Part shown: positions 1 through 8,559 of the stretch, one piece after another
Layout: each line of letters starts with the position of its first letter
How positions within the stretch are numbered: position 1 is the stretch's first letter
From: a virus
Length of the DNA: 64,000 nt
Direction: 5' to 3' (one strand)
IMG/VR virus record: IMGVR_UViG_3300005529_000005
Location: 4,499-68,498 of that record
The notes under the pieces: model-generated
The model's input: only the letters and a program-made list of their open reading frames with translations
Told to the model about the DNA's origin: nothing
Database searches by the model: none
Translations under genes and position numbers: made by a program

Positions 1-2
1 TC

Positions 3-407
3 GGCAAGCGGTGGTACGTCAACGTGCTGGCGCTGGACGGGACGCCGATCGTCACCCGGGGGCTCGTCGGGTCGGACACGGGCAAGCAGCTCTCCGCGCT
101 CTCCTGGGCGGGCGGGACGGCGACGGCGACGACGGCCGCCCCGCACGGCTACAAGGTCGGGCGCCCCGTCATGCTGACGGTCTCCGGGGCGACCCCGTCG
201 GGCTACAACGGTCTCGTCCAGTGCCTCCCGACGGGACCCTCCACGCTGACCTTCCCGCTGGCCTCCGATCCCGGGACGGCGACGGTCTTCGGCTCGGTCA
301 GCTACGACGTGAACCTCGTGGGCGGGCTCGGCGACGAGGCCGGCAACCCCTTCACGTCGACCCTCGTCTACCGGGCGCCGGCGAAACAGTTCGAGGTCTC
401 CCCGTGA
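3..407 (+). CDS. Baseplate-associated tail protein (5'-truncated) with small beta-rich insertion domain
   Basis: Frame is open from the window edge (GKRWYVNVLALDG...); lies upstream of the hub; ends FTSTLVYRAPAKQFEVSP; internal TATTAAPHGYKVG segment. Confidence 0.6.
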   Translation, partial: GKRWYVNVLALDGTPIVTRGLVGSDTGKQLSALSWAGGTATATTAAPHGYKVGRPVMLTVSGATPSGYNGLVQCLPTGPSTLTFPLASDPGTATVFGSVSYDVNLVGGLGDEAGNPFTSTLVYRAPAKQFEVSP

Positions 408-940
408 GCGACCCCCGCCTGACCTGCCACTTCCTCGACGACGCGGCGCACTCGGCCGCCGAGGACGCGCGGATGGCGCTCGCCAGGACGCGCGAGAAGG
501 ACCCGGCGTGGATGGCGGCGAACAACGCCAGGTACGGGTGGGCGACGATCGGCGACGTCGTCAAGCCGTGCGCGATGTGGCTGGTCCCCTGGTACTTCGA
601 CCCGAGAGACCCGACGCACGCGTCCCGGCGCGCCGCCGCGCTGGCCGCGATCGCGGACGGGACCTTCGGCACGGGAGAGCGGAACTACTACCTCTCGCGC
701 CATTACTGGACGACGTGGTCGGACAAGCGCGCGCCGATCAACGTCGTGTGCCCGAACGGGCGCGAGTGGTGCGTCGACGCGAAGTCCTCGAACGGCGACG
801 GCTGGACGGTGACCGGCGAGCCGCCGCGAATCACCTGCTCGCCCTCGATCCTCGTCCCCGGCTACCACGGCTTCCTGCGCGACGGCGTCTTCACGCCCGA
901 CCTCGACGGGAACCGCGGCGGCGGAATCGGGGTGCCGTGA
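404..940 (+). CDS. Hypothetical protein with C-terminal DUF6527-like domain
   Basis: GTG overlaps the upstream TGA (GTGA); C-terminal WTVTGEPPRITCSPSILVPGYHGFLRDG resembles DUF6527. Confidence 0.55.
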   Translation: MSDPRLTCHFLDDAAHSAAEDARMALARTREKDPAWMAANNARYGWATIGDVVKPCAMWLVPWYFDPRDPTHASRRAAALAAIADGTFGTGERNYYLSRHYWTTWSDKRAPINVVCPNGREWCVDAKSSNGDGWTVTGEPPRITCSPSILVPGYHGFLRDGVFTPDLDGNRGGGIGVP

Positions 941-944
941 AGTG

Positions 945-1481
945 CTACAGCAGGCGCCCAAGCGACCGAGCGAACTCGACCGCGTCCCGCGCGCCCTTCT
1001 TCAGGTTGCACGGCTCGCACGTCAGTTGGACGTTTCGCGCGACGTGCTTTCCTCCGCGCGTGATCGCCTGGACGTGGTCGACGTGGAAGCCGCGCTTCAG
1101 CGATCGGGGGCAGTAGGCGCACCGACCCTTCTGCTGCCTGAAGATGCGGGCTACGTCCTCTCGCGAGACGGCGCCGGGCGCGCCTCGCTTCGCGGCGCGT
1201 CGATTCCGGGCGGAGGTCCGGGAGGACTGCGTCGCCTTCTCGGCGTTCTTCTCGCGCCAGCGCGCCGTCGCCTTCGCAGCCGCGCCGGGATGATCCTCCC
1301 GCCACCTTCGGGTGTACGCCCTCCGGCGGTCGCGGTTGCGCTTCGCCCACGCGCTGGTCTTCGCCCGCCCGCGCCGCCGTTGTTCTTCGGTGAGAACCCG
1401 AACGGTCTTCTTGGGAGGATTGCGCTTGCGGTACGCCCGCATGTAGGCGTTCCAGCGTTCCTTCTGTTCGGGGGTTCGCAT
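945..1481 (-). CDS. HNH endonuclease
   Basis: CAYC...FHVDHVQAITRGGKHVARNVQLTCEPCNLKKG, a zinc-binding HNH signature, after a basic helical N-terminus. Confidence 0.9.
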   Translation of the reverse strand: MRTPEQKERWNAYMRAYRKRNPPKKTVRVLTEEQRRRGRAKTSAWAKRNRDRRRAYTRRWREDHPGAAAKATARWREKNAEKATQSSRTSARNRRAAKRGAPGAVSREDVARIFRQQKGRCAYCPRSLKRGFHVDHVQAITRGGKHVARNVQLTCEPCNLKKGARDAVEFARSLGRLL

Positions 1482-2517
1482 GCGGTATTATAGGATCGTA
1501 ATCAGCGATCCATCCAGCGGCCAGGTCTACACGCCGCCCGGCTTCTCCGGGCTCCTCGGCGGCGCGAGCTACACGTCCTTCGTCAACGGTCAGTCGCTCC
1601 CCGGCGCGTGGAACGTCGAGCTCGACGTCCCGGTGATCGGTCAGGCGACCCCGCAGGGTCAGGCGCTCTGCCGCGTGTGGGGGATCAGCCGTCAGGAGAT
1701 CGGTCAGGCGAACAACCTCAACGGCAAGAACATCCAAATCTTCGCCGGGATGCAGAAGGGCCTCCCGCTCGCGAACCCCGCCCAGGCCGGGCTGATCGTA
1801 CAGGGGACGATCTTCCAGGCGTTCGGCAACTGGATCGGGGTCGACCAGAACATCGACCTCGTGATCGTCCCGGGCTTCGGCACCGCCGCCCAGCCCGGCG
1901 GCCTCGGCACCCTCGCGAAGCCGAAGAACCTCGTGCTGAACTGGAAGGCCGGGACGCCGCTCGGCGCCGCGCTCCAGACGTGCCTCTCGACCGCCTTCCC
2001 GAACCAGAAGGTCACGGTGAACGTGAGCGCGCAGCTCGTGCGGCCGTACGACGAGGTCGGCTTCTTCCCGACGCTCGAGCAGCTGGCGCAGTTCTGCCGG
2101 GAGGCGAGCCTCGACATCGTGAAGACGGCGACCTACGCGGGCGTCTCGATCGTGGCGGCGCCGAACAACGTGATCTCGGTCCTCGACAACGCGCAGGCCG
2201 CCGCCGCGCCGGCGGCCGCGACGCAGATTAACTTCCAGGATCTCATCGGCCAGCCGACGTGGATTCAGGCGCCGAGCATCCAGCTGAAGACCGTGATGCG
2301 CGCGGACCTCTCCGTCGGCGGGTCGATCAAGATGCCGGCGGCGGTCGTGACGAACACGGCGGCCGCGGCCTCCTCGCTCCTCAACCAGCAGGCCACCTTC
2401 CAGGGGACGTTCCTCACGGTCAGCATGAGGCACGTCGGAAACTTCCGTAACCCGTCGGCGGACGCCTGGGTCACCGTGATCGACGCGGCGCCGAACCAGG
2501 TCGGGAGCAACACCTGA
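1480..2517 (+). CDS. Baseplate hub protein
   Basis: 345 aa directly upstream of the spike; IQIFAGMQKGLPLANP and IGQPTWI segments typical of myophage hubs. Confidence 0.7.
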   Translation: MRYYRIVISDPSSGQVYTPPGFSGLLGGASYTSFVNGQSLPGAWNVELDVPVIGQATPQGQALCRVWGISRQEIGQANNLNGKNIQIFAGMQKGLPLANPAQAGLIVQGTIFQAFGNWIGVDQNIDLVIVPGFGTAAQPGGLGTLAKPKNLVLNWKAGTPLGAALQTCLSTAFPNQKVTVNVSAQLVRPYDEVGFFPTLEQLAQFCREASLDIVKTATYAGVSIVAAPNNVISVLDNAQAAAAPAAATQINFQDLIGQPTWIQAPSIQLKTVMRADLSVGGSIKMPAAVVTNTAAAASSLLNQQATFQGTFLTVSMRHVGNFRNPSADAWVTVIDAAPNQVGSNT

Positions 2518-3239
2518 TGGCCGACAACGCCCAGAAGACCCCGATCGCGCGCTCGCTGGAGGCCTTCGGTCACCGGAAGGTCCTCGGCGTCCTCGCTCAG
2601 GTCGGGAAGGCGCTCCCGGCCTCCGTCGTCTCGCGCGTCGGTCAGATCGTCACGGTGAAGTTCGAGATCACTACCACCCCGAACTCCCCCTACACGCTCC
2701 CGCCCATCACCGTGCCGCTGGTCGGCTCCCAGTACGTGCGCCTCCCGATCCAGCCGGGCGAGCTCGGCATGGTGATGACGGCGGACGCCTACCTCGGCGG
2801 GATGACGGGTCTCGGCGGCGGGACGGCGGACCTCTCGCGCCACGCGAACCTCTCCTGCCTCGTGTGGACGCCGCTCGCGAACAAGAACTGGACGCCGGCG
2901 ATCGACGACGACTCGCTGGAGCTGATCGGCCCGAACGGCGTGATCCTCCACAACAACGCGAAGACCGCTATCCTGAAGGTGACGACGGCGGAGTGCTCGT
3001 GGACGCCTCCCCCGGGCATCCCGATCCAGCTCAACGGCAACGTGGTGCTGAACGGGAACCTCCAGATCAACGGCTCCATCCAGAACTTGACCGGCGGCAC
3101 CTACGCGGGCGACCTGAAGACCTCGGGCAACGTGATCGCGGGCGTCGGCACCGGGGACCAGGTCGGGCTGAAGACGCATACGCACGGCGGGGTCTCGACC
3201 GGCAGCGGGACGTCGGGCGCGCCGACGCCGGGGAGTTGA
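2517..3239 (+). CDS. Baseplate central spike (gpV/Gp138-like)
   Basis: N-terminal OB-like region, beta-helical middle, C-terminal LKTHTHGGV HxH metal-binding apex motif. Confidence 0.85.
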   Translation: MADNAQKTPIARSLEAFGHRKVLGVLAQVGKALPASVVSRVGQIVTVKFEITTTPNSPYTLPPITVPLVGSQYVRLPIQPGELGMVMTADAYLGGMTGLGGGTADLSRHANLSCLVWTPLANKNWTPAIDDDSLELIGPNGVILHNNAKTAILKVTTAECSWTPPPGIPIQLNGNVVLNGNLQINGSIQNLTGGTYAGDLKTSGNVIAGVGTGDQVGLKTHTHGGVSTGSGTSGAPTPGS

Positions 3240-3241
3240 GC

Positions 3242-3625
3242 ATGAGGACCTACGGACGAATCTTCGCCTTCAACCCGGACGGCTCGAAGCGGAACCCTCA
3301 GCCGGCCGGCTACCCGTACTGGGTGGAGGTCACGACCGACGCGAACGGCTTCGACGACGACGTGTGGCTGACCACGCTCTGCCAGAACTTCCTCCTCAAC
3401 CTGGGCGAGTCCCCGTTCTACGCTCAGTGCGGGCTCCCCGCTCAGCCGACCATCGTCCAGCAGGTGCAGCCGGACTTCTACGTATCGAGGATCCAGCAGC
3501 AGTTCGCGCCCTACTTCGCCAACCTCGTGATCGCCAAGCAGGCCAGCAACCCGCCGACCTACAAGGTGAACGTGACGAAGCACAACGGGTCCAAGGTCTC
3601 GCTGTCGGTGCAGATACCGCAGTGA
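3242..3625 (+). CDS. Baseplate wedge/sheath-initiator-like protein
   Basis: 127 aa between spike and baseplate J; LLNLGESPFYAQCGLP segment; call rests mainly on synteny. Confidence 0.55.
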   Translation: MRTYGRIFAFNPDGSKRNPQPAGYPYWVEVTTDANGFDDDVWLTTLCQNFLLNLGESPFYAQCGLPAQPTIVQQVQPDFYVSRIQQQFAPYFANLVIAKQASNPPTYKVNVTKHNGSKVSLSVQIPQ

Positions 3626-3655
3626 CGTGGTAGCATCGGCTGAGGAGGGGCTCGC

Positions 3656-5104
3656 ATGGCCGCCGACATTCCCGTCATCATGACCGCGGCCGGCGCTCAG
3701 CCGACCCCGCCGGCTACGCTTCTCGCCGACCTGATCCAGATCGTCCTCGCGACGAACTCGGGCTACACGGCGAACCTCCCGGGCTCGCTCGTGGAGGACG
3801 TTAGCTCGACCGAGGTCGCGGGCCTCGCGGTGGCGGACTCCGCGCGCGTCGAGACCATCAACTCGATCAGCCCGAACGGGGCGAACCTCTTCATCCTCTC
3901 GCAGCTCGGCCAGGTCTACATCGGCCCCGGCGCCGCGCCCGCGCCGCCGTCGAACACGTCGGTCGAGGTCACCTTCACGGCGCTCGACCCGAACACGTCG
4001 GCCCCGCTCTCGGGCTACGTCGTCACGATGGGCTTCGTGGTCTCCGACGGGACCTACCAGTACATCGCGCAGGACAACGGGGTGACCAACTCCAGCGGTC
4101 AGGTCACCGTCTTCTGCGTCTCGCCGACGACCGGCTCCTGGGCGGTCCCGACGAACTCCGTCACCACCATCGTGACCTCCGTCCCCTCGACCGTGTCGCT
4201 GAGCTGCGCGAACCCGACGCCGGGGACCTCCGGGGCGGCCGCGGAGACGGCGGAGCAGTACCTCGCCCGCGTCATGCAGGCGGGGCAGGCCGTCTCGACC
4301 GGGTCGACGACGCTCCTGAAGACGCTTCTTGGCCAGGTCTCCGGGGTGCAGCAACGCCTGATCTCGACGCGCCAGCAGACCGGGTCGTGGGAGATCATCG
4401 TCGGCGGCGGTGACCCGTACCAGGTCGCGGGCGCGATCTTCGAGTCCGGGCTCGACGTGTCGACCCTGGTCGGGTCGACGCTCCTCGTGACGAGCATCAC
4501 CCAGGCGAACCCGGGGGTCGTCACGACCAACCTCAACCACGGCTACACGACCGGGCAGACCGCCCAGATGAACGGCATCGTCGGCATGACGCCGCTGAAC
4601 GGCGTCAACGTGACGGTGACGGTCCTGACCGAGAAGACCTTCAGCATCGCGGTCAACACGTCGGGGATGCCCGCCTACGTCTCCGGCGGGATCGTGACGC
4701 CCAACCTCCGGAACCAGTCGATCAACATCTACGACGCGCCGGACGTGATCGTCGTGGTCTTCGTCCAGCCGCCGCAGCAGACCCTCACGATCGCGGCGAC
4801 GTACTCGACCACGGCCGCCAACTTCGCCTCCCAGGCGGCGGTAGCGCAGCTCGCCGCGCCGGCCATGGCCGCCTACGTCAACTCGATCACGGTCGGCGCC
4901 GCGCTGAGCCTCCTGATCCTCGAGGCCACGTTCCTCGCCGCCGTCTCCTCCGTCCTGCCGTCCTCGCAAATCTCCGCGCTCAACTTCGCGGTGTCGATCA
5001 ACGGCGTCCCGACCACGCCGTCCCTCGGCTCGTCGCTGATCCTCGGGGACCCGGAGAGCTACTTCTTCGCGACGACGGCCGGCATGGCCGTGTCGCAGGC
5101 CTGA
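3656..5104 (+). CDS. Baseplate J-like wedge protein with inserted beta-rich domain
   Basis: 482 aa; TPGTSGAAAETAEQYLARV resembles the J-family G..E+D..YR.R motif; internal ITQANPGVVTTNLNHGYTTG domain. Confidence 0.8.
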   Translation: MAADIPVIMTAAGAQPTPPATLLADLIQIVLATNSGYTANLPGSLVEDVSSTEVAGLAVADSARVETINSISPNGANLFILSQLGQVYIGPGAAPAPPSNTSVEVTFTALDPNTSAPLSGYVVTMGFVVSDGTYQYIAQDNGVTNSSGQVTVFCVSPTTGSWAVPTNSVTTIVTSVPSTVSLSCANPTPGTSGAAAETAEQYLARVMQAGQAVSTGSTTLLKTLLGQVSGVQQRLISTRQQTGSWEIIVGGGDPYQVAGAIFESGLDVSTLVGSTLLVTSITQANPGVVTTNLNHGYTTGQTAQMNGIVGMTPLNGVNVTVTVLTEKTFSIAVNTSGMPAYVSGGIVTPNLRNQSINIYDAPDVIVVVFVQPPQQTLTIAATYSTTAANFASQAAVAQLAAPAMAAYVNSITVGAALSLLILEATFLAAVSSVLPSSQISALNFAVSINGVPTTPSLGSSLILGDPESYFFATTAGMAVSQA

Positions 5105-5108
5105 CGCG

Positions 5109-6188
5109 ATGGCGCCCGCACCCGTCACGCTCCGCAGGGCCGCCGCGACCGTGATTCCGGTCGCCGGGCGCGCCGTCGTGGCGATGTGGGGTCCGCTGGT
5201 CGGCGGCTTCATCCAGAACCCCTACCTCGCGGCCGACCAGGGGATCGCGGAGGTCGAGACCCTATACGTCGACCTGAGCGGCAACCCGGCGGCGCTCCGC
5301 GAGACCGCGACGACGTTCGCGGTCCAGCCCGGCGAGACCTTCATCCTCGTCGGCAACCAGACGACGAGCGTCAGCGTCAATGCGGTGACGCAGGGCCACA
5401 AGTTCGCCGGGGTCGCGATCCAGCCGGCCACGCCGTTCCCGCCGAAGCCTCTTCCCGGGACGTTCCCGCCGAGCGGCCCGACGACGCTGATCGCCACGAT
5501 CCCGTCCTATCTCTACCAGGAGTACAACGACGACTCGGACCTCGAGGCCTTCGTGGGGGCCTACAACGTGCTGGCGCAGGTCTACGCGGCCTGGTTCGCG
5601 AACGTCCAGCTTCCCGTCTACACGAGCCCGACGATCACCGGCGCGCTCCTCGACTGGGTGGCGCAGGGCATCTACGGGATGGTGCGGCCGTCACTGGCGT
5701 CCGGGCTCGCCCACGTCGTCGGCCCGCTGAACACCTACGCCTTCAACACGCTGACGCTGAACCGCCGCAAGACCATCGGCCCGACGAACGTCACGGTGAC
5801 CTCGGACGACGTCTTCAAGCGGATCATGACGTGGAACTTCTACAAGGGGGACGGGAACGTCTTCAGCATCCGGTGGCTGAAGCGGCGGGTCATGCGCTTC
5901 CTCACCGGCGCGAACGGGTCGGCCCCGAACATCGACAACACGCTAGCGATCAGCGTCTCCGTCGGCGCGGGGATCATCTCGATCAAGATCAACGCCGGAA
6001 CGCGCACGGTCGTGGGCGGGTCTCTGCTCAACCGATTCGGCTTCAACAGCCGCGTCCCGCTGAACACGCTGACGACGCGCTTCGTGCCGAATTTGAATCA
6101 GTTTCCGCTGCAGAACGTGCTAAAGGAGGCCATCCAGGCGGGCGTCCTCCAGCTGCCGTTCCAGTACCAGTTCGTGGTCACCACCTGA
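5109..6188 (+). CDS. Baseplate wedge protein (DUF2612/gpI-like) with extra N-terminal domain
   Basis: Follows J; GALLDWVAQGIYG and DDVFKRIMTWNFYKGDG segments; first ~105 aa are paralogous to 8248..8559. Confidence 0.65.
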   Translation: MAPAPVTLRRAAATVIPVAGRAVVAMWGPLVGGFIQNPYLAADQGIAEVETLYVDLSGNPAALRETATTFAVQPGETFILVGNQTTSVSVNAVTQGHKFAGVAIQPATPFPPKPLPGTFPPSGPTTLIATIPSYLYQEYNDDSDLEAFVGAYNVLAQVYAAWFANVQLPVYTSPTITGALLDWVAQGIYGMVRPSLASGLAHVVGPLNTYAFNTLTLNRRKTIGPTNVTVTSDDVFKRIMTWNFYKGDGNVFSIRWLKRRVMRFLTGANGSAPNIDNTLAISVSVGAGIISIKINAGTRTVVGGSLLNRFGFNSRVPLNTLTTRFVPNLNQFPLQNVLKEAIQAGVLQLPFQYQFVVTT

Positions 6189-6201
6189 GGGGAGGCTGGG
6201 T

Positions 6202-6846
6202 TTGAGCAACGTCTTCGTCTTTGCGAACAATGCGTCGAGCGCGCTCGCCGCCCCGATCACGAACGTCGCGACCTCGGTCACCCTCTCCGCCGGCACGGGG
6301 GCGCTCTTCCCGAACCCGAGCGTCGGACCGCCACAGCAGCAGTTCGGGCTCACCTTCAACGACGCCGCGACCGGCCTCCTGACGGAGATTTGCTACTGCA
6401 CGGCGCGGTCGGGCGACACGCTCACGATCGTCCGAGCGCAGGAGGGGACGGTCGCGCTCTCGTGGCTCGCCGGCGACCTCGCCGCGAACCTCGTCACCGC
6501 CGGCATGATGGCGGCGATGCAGCAGAGCGCGGCGCTCAACCCGACGCGCCAGGTCACGACCTCGGGCGCCTTCACGATGACGACCTCGGACGCGGGCGGG
6601 GCCGTCGGCTTGAACCGGGTCTCCGGCGTGTCGGCGAGCTCGACGACGCTCCCGACCGGGGCGACCGCCGGGCAGCTCTACGCGATCGAGGATCTCGCCA
6701 GGAACTTCCAGGCGGCGCCGGTGACGGTCAGCTACCCGGCCGGTCAGACGGGACCCAACGGCGCGACCGAGCAGGTCCTCAACGTCAACGGCCAATGCGC
6801 TTACTTCCGCTACTACGGGAGCAACCAGTGGAGCTACAAGGCATGA
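6202..6846 (+). CDS. Tail fiber proximal/adapter protein
   Basis: FANNASSALAAPIT...EICYCTARSGDTLTIVRAQEGT is a common tail-fiber N-terminal module. Confidence 0.6.
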   Translation: MSNVFVFANNASSALAAPITNVATSVTLSAGTGALFPNPSVGPPQQQFGLTFNDAATGLLTEICYCTARSGDTLTIVRAQEGTVALSWLAGDLAANLVTAGMMAAMQQSAALNPTRQVTTSGAFTMTTSDAGGAVGLNRVSGVSASSTTLPTGATAGQLYAIEDLARNFQAAPVTVSYPAGQTGPNGATEQVLNVNGQCAYFRYYGSNQWSYKA

Positions 6847-8243
6847 CGATCTTCCGCCGCGCCCTCGCGGGCCTCTTCGCGCTCTTCCTCGCCTGCGCTC
6901 CCGTCGCGGCGCAGTTCGCCGACCAGGCGACGTGGGTCGGCAACGGCGCGGGCTCCGCCAACGCGCAGACGATCACCGTCCAGAACGCGACGAACCTCGC
7001 CGACCTCCTCGGCGTGAAGCTCGTCTACGTCCCGGCGGCGACGAACACCGGGCCGGCGACGATCAACATCAGCGGCAGCACCGGCTCCCCGTTCGGCGCG
7101 CAGAGCGTCCGCAAGCTGACGAACTCCGGGCTCCAGGCGCTCACCGGCTTCGAGCTGGTGAGCGGCCAGCCCGTCATGGTCATGTGGGACGGGACGTTCA
7201 TCGACATCCTGTCGGCGGGAACGCCCGTCGTCACGATCGCGCCTCCTCAGGGCTACCTGACGCCGTGCCAGGTCTCGTCGGGCTCGCCGGTCTCGGGCTG
7301 CACGGCCGGCCAAATCTACCAGACCGGGGACGTGGTCGCCGCGACGGCGCTCTACTACGAGCCGGCGGTCGGCAACCAGATTCCGATCTACAACGGGTCG
7401 GTCTTCGTCGAGCAGCCGTTCTCCGAGCTCACCCTCACGATCCCGTCGAGCCGTCTCGCGAACACGATCTACGACGTCTTCGTCACGACGACCTCCGCGG
7501 GCGCCTACAGCTCGACCGGCTCGCCGACCCTCTGCTTCGGCCCGGCGTGGACGACGTCGACCGCGGGCTCCGGCGCGCGCGGAACGGGCGCGGGTACCGC
7601 CCAGGTCGGTCAGACGAACGGCATCTGGACGAACACCGTCTCGATCAGCTGCGTCAACGGCGCCTCGACCTACACGGTCCCGGCGAACGGCGGGACCTAC
7701 GTGGCCTCGACCTGGATGGACGGGACGGCGGGTCAATGCACGTCGCACCTGACCTACGGCCGGAGCCGGAAGCGGTGCTACTGGAACGCCTGGAACCAGC
7801 AGCCGATCTACCTGAAGGCGGGGGACACGACGGCGGGGACCTTCGTCGACTCGTCGACGACCTACCAGCCGATCAACAACAACACCGCCAACAGCCTGAG
7901 CATACTGATCGGTCTGCCTGGTCAAGCGGTGAACCTCGAGCAGTATCTCTCGGCGCTATACAACTCGCTGCCGGTCAACTCGAACGCCTTCTTCTATCCC
8001 GGCATCGGCTACAACAGCACGTCGGCCGCGAGCGGCTACGCGGCGCCGGTCGACTACGTGATCCAGTCGTGCGCGGGGTGCTCGAACAACCTGCACTTCT
8101 CGATGACGGCGAAGTACGTCACCGTCCCGGCGATCGGCGTCCAGACGATCACGTCTCTCGACCAGATCGGCTCGGGCTCGGGCAGCATGACGGTCACCGG
8201 CGGCGAGGCCGGCAACCTCCTGACCGCGGCCTGGGGGGGCTGA
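6843..8243 (+). CDS. Tail fiber-like protein with predicted Sec signal peptide
   Basis: ATG overlaps upstream TGA; MTIFRRALAGLFALFLACAPVAA-Q leader; AATNTGPATINISG...MWDGT fiber domain; T/S/G-rich. Confidence 0.7.
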   Translation: MTIFRRALAGLFALFLACAPVAAQFADQATWVGNGAGSANAQTITVQNATNLADLLGVKLVYVPAATNTGPATINISGSTGSPFGAQSVRKLTNSGLQALTGFELVSGQPVMVMWDGTFIDILSAGTPVVTIAPPQGYLTPCQVSSGSPVSGCTAGQIYQTGDVVAATALYYEPAVGNQIPIYNGSVFVEQPFSELTLTIPSSRLANTIYDVFVTTTSAGAYSSTGSPTLCFGPAWTTSTAGSGARGTGAGTAQVGQTNGIWTNTVSISCVNGASTYTVPANGGTYVASTWMDGTAGQCTSHLTYGRSRKRCYWNAWNQQPIYLKAGDTTAGTFVDSSTTYQPINNNTANSLSILIGLPGQAVNLEQYLSALYNSLPVNSNAFFYPGIGYNSTSAASGYAAPVDYVIQSCAGCSNNLHFSMTAKYVTVPAIGVQTITSLDQIGSGSGSMTVTGGEAGNLLTAAWGG

Positions 8244-8247
8244 CCTG

Positions 8248-8559
8248 ATGGGCGTCACCCCGGTCCCGACCCTCACCAGCCAGGTGACCACCGGCGGCAC
8301 CGCCGTGGCCGTCGTCAGCGCGAACCCGAACGGCGGGATCATCCAGAACCCGATCGACGCGGCCGACCAGGCGATCGGCGGCGGCAACATCGAGCCGCTC
8401 TACGTCGACCCGACCGGCGCGCCGGCGACGACGACCGGGAACGGGACGACCTTCCGGATCGAGCCCGGCCAAATCTGGAACGTCATCGCCGGTCAGACGA
8501 CGTCGACGTCGATGAACGCTCCGACGAGCGGCCACAAGATCGCGGGGGTCCAATGGTGA
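8248..8559 (+). CDS. Small tail-associated beta protein
   Basis: 103 aa; clearly similar to the N-terminus of 5109..6188 (GGxIQNPxxAADQ...LYVD...GHKxAGV). Confidence 0.65.
   Translation: MGVTPVPTLTSQVTTGGTAVAVVSANPNGGIIQNPIDAADQAIGGGNIEPLYVDPTGAPATTTGNGTTFRIEPGQIWNVIAGQTTSTSMNAPTSGHKIAGVQW

Noticed and set aside
6843-6911. Lipoprotein signal (FLAC) in the first exported fiber
   Set aside because: Non-canonical lipobox; a better SPase I site (VAA-Q) follows, matching the neighbouring genes.
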